Of a stretch of DNA of 64,000 nucleotides, positions 63,291 through 64,000 are shown one piece after another. The notes below the pieces were generated by a model. The model made no database searches, was not told the origin of the DNA, and saw only the letters and a list, made by a program, of their open reading frames with translations. Positions within the stretch are counted from its first letter, which is position 1; each line of letters starts with the position of its first letter. Where the stretch lies: positions 175,956,001 to 176,020,000 of the forward strand of contig NC_067398.1 in NCBI RefSeq assembly GCF_016432865.1. Direction: 5' to 3'. Made by a program: the position numbers and the translations under genes. Origin of the DNA: Antechinus flavipes. Taxonomy: Eukaryota.

Positions 63291-64000
63291 AGGTTACTTA
63301 ATCAAGGTGGGAAAGAGAAGGAAGCTCAGATCTTCCCTCAGGACAATTCTTTTTCAGGGGTCCTTCACCACTCACCACAGCTTGACTCAGTGTACTAGGA
63401 TGTGCTATTGTGAATTTGACTTGCAATGTTATCTTGCGCCAGAGGTGTGTCTAATTGTTTTAGTCATGGGAGGTATAGTACCATCTCTCTATACTATGAT
63501 CAAAAACTTAACTTCTTCCAAATTGAGGATTTGTTAAAACCTGGATAGATCCTTGATCTATTGACAGATTGATTGGATTGATGATTGATTTGATTTATTA
63601 TTCTGGGAGAATTTGAAGATTACATTAATTGGGTGAGGATTTTCACCCCTTTAGACATGTTCCTTTCAATGGGAGGAGAGGAGGAATACATTTATTTCAT
63701 CAAACAAGACAAAGTTTTCTAAAAATTTAGGTTAGAATAGTGTGTTTATACAGACAGCTATTCAAGGAATAGTTACAGGCAATCCCTTGCACAGAAATGA
63801 TCACCAAAAGTTACAGATGAGGAAATCAAACCTTCTATAAGTAAGGGTCAGGGTAGCAGCTGTCTCTTGGCTTGAATTGATTACTGTGTCAATTTGCCCA
63901 TATATTTTAACTGGGGATTTTTTCCCAAAAACCAAACAAATATAAAAACCATAGAATGATATGACTTTTTATAAGTCCTAAGGTTTATTAAATACTTTAA

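Noticed and set aside
1-64000. Rsx (marsupial X-inactivation lncRNA) or a CRISPR-like repeat array
   Set aside because: No long tandem or repeat-spacer arrays in the assembled sequence; the DNA is mammalian.

Overview
AT-rich, CpG-depleted marsupial genomic DNA. The repeat content (WSINE1-like and MAR1-like SINEs, marsupial L1/HAL1, RTE) suggests a dasyurid such as Tasmanian devil; this is inference. There are six assembly gaps. I found no recognisable protein-coding gene: the long ORFs are gap artefacts, low-complexity sequence or L1/HAL1 remnants. The window has two parts. From about 4.8 to 19.2 kb it is almost free of transposons, with CpG- and G-rich promoter-like patches and POU/SOX/MEIS motif clusters, as seen near developmental or neuronal loci. 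The rest is repeat-rich: a full-length ORF1-only HAL1 element, two solo LTRs with exact TSDs, two truncated L1 3' ends (one with a possible 3' transduction), and RTE, L2, MIR, MAR1 and MER63-like fragments. A chain of + strand splice-site pairs flanks mostly non-coding, CpG-retaining segments and includes a 3'ss/5'ss fusion resembling a recursive splice site. This suggests an unidentified multi-exon lncRNA or long 5'UTR. I cannot name the gene, and nothing here establishes a new biological system; the findings are leads.
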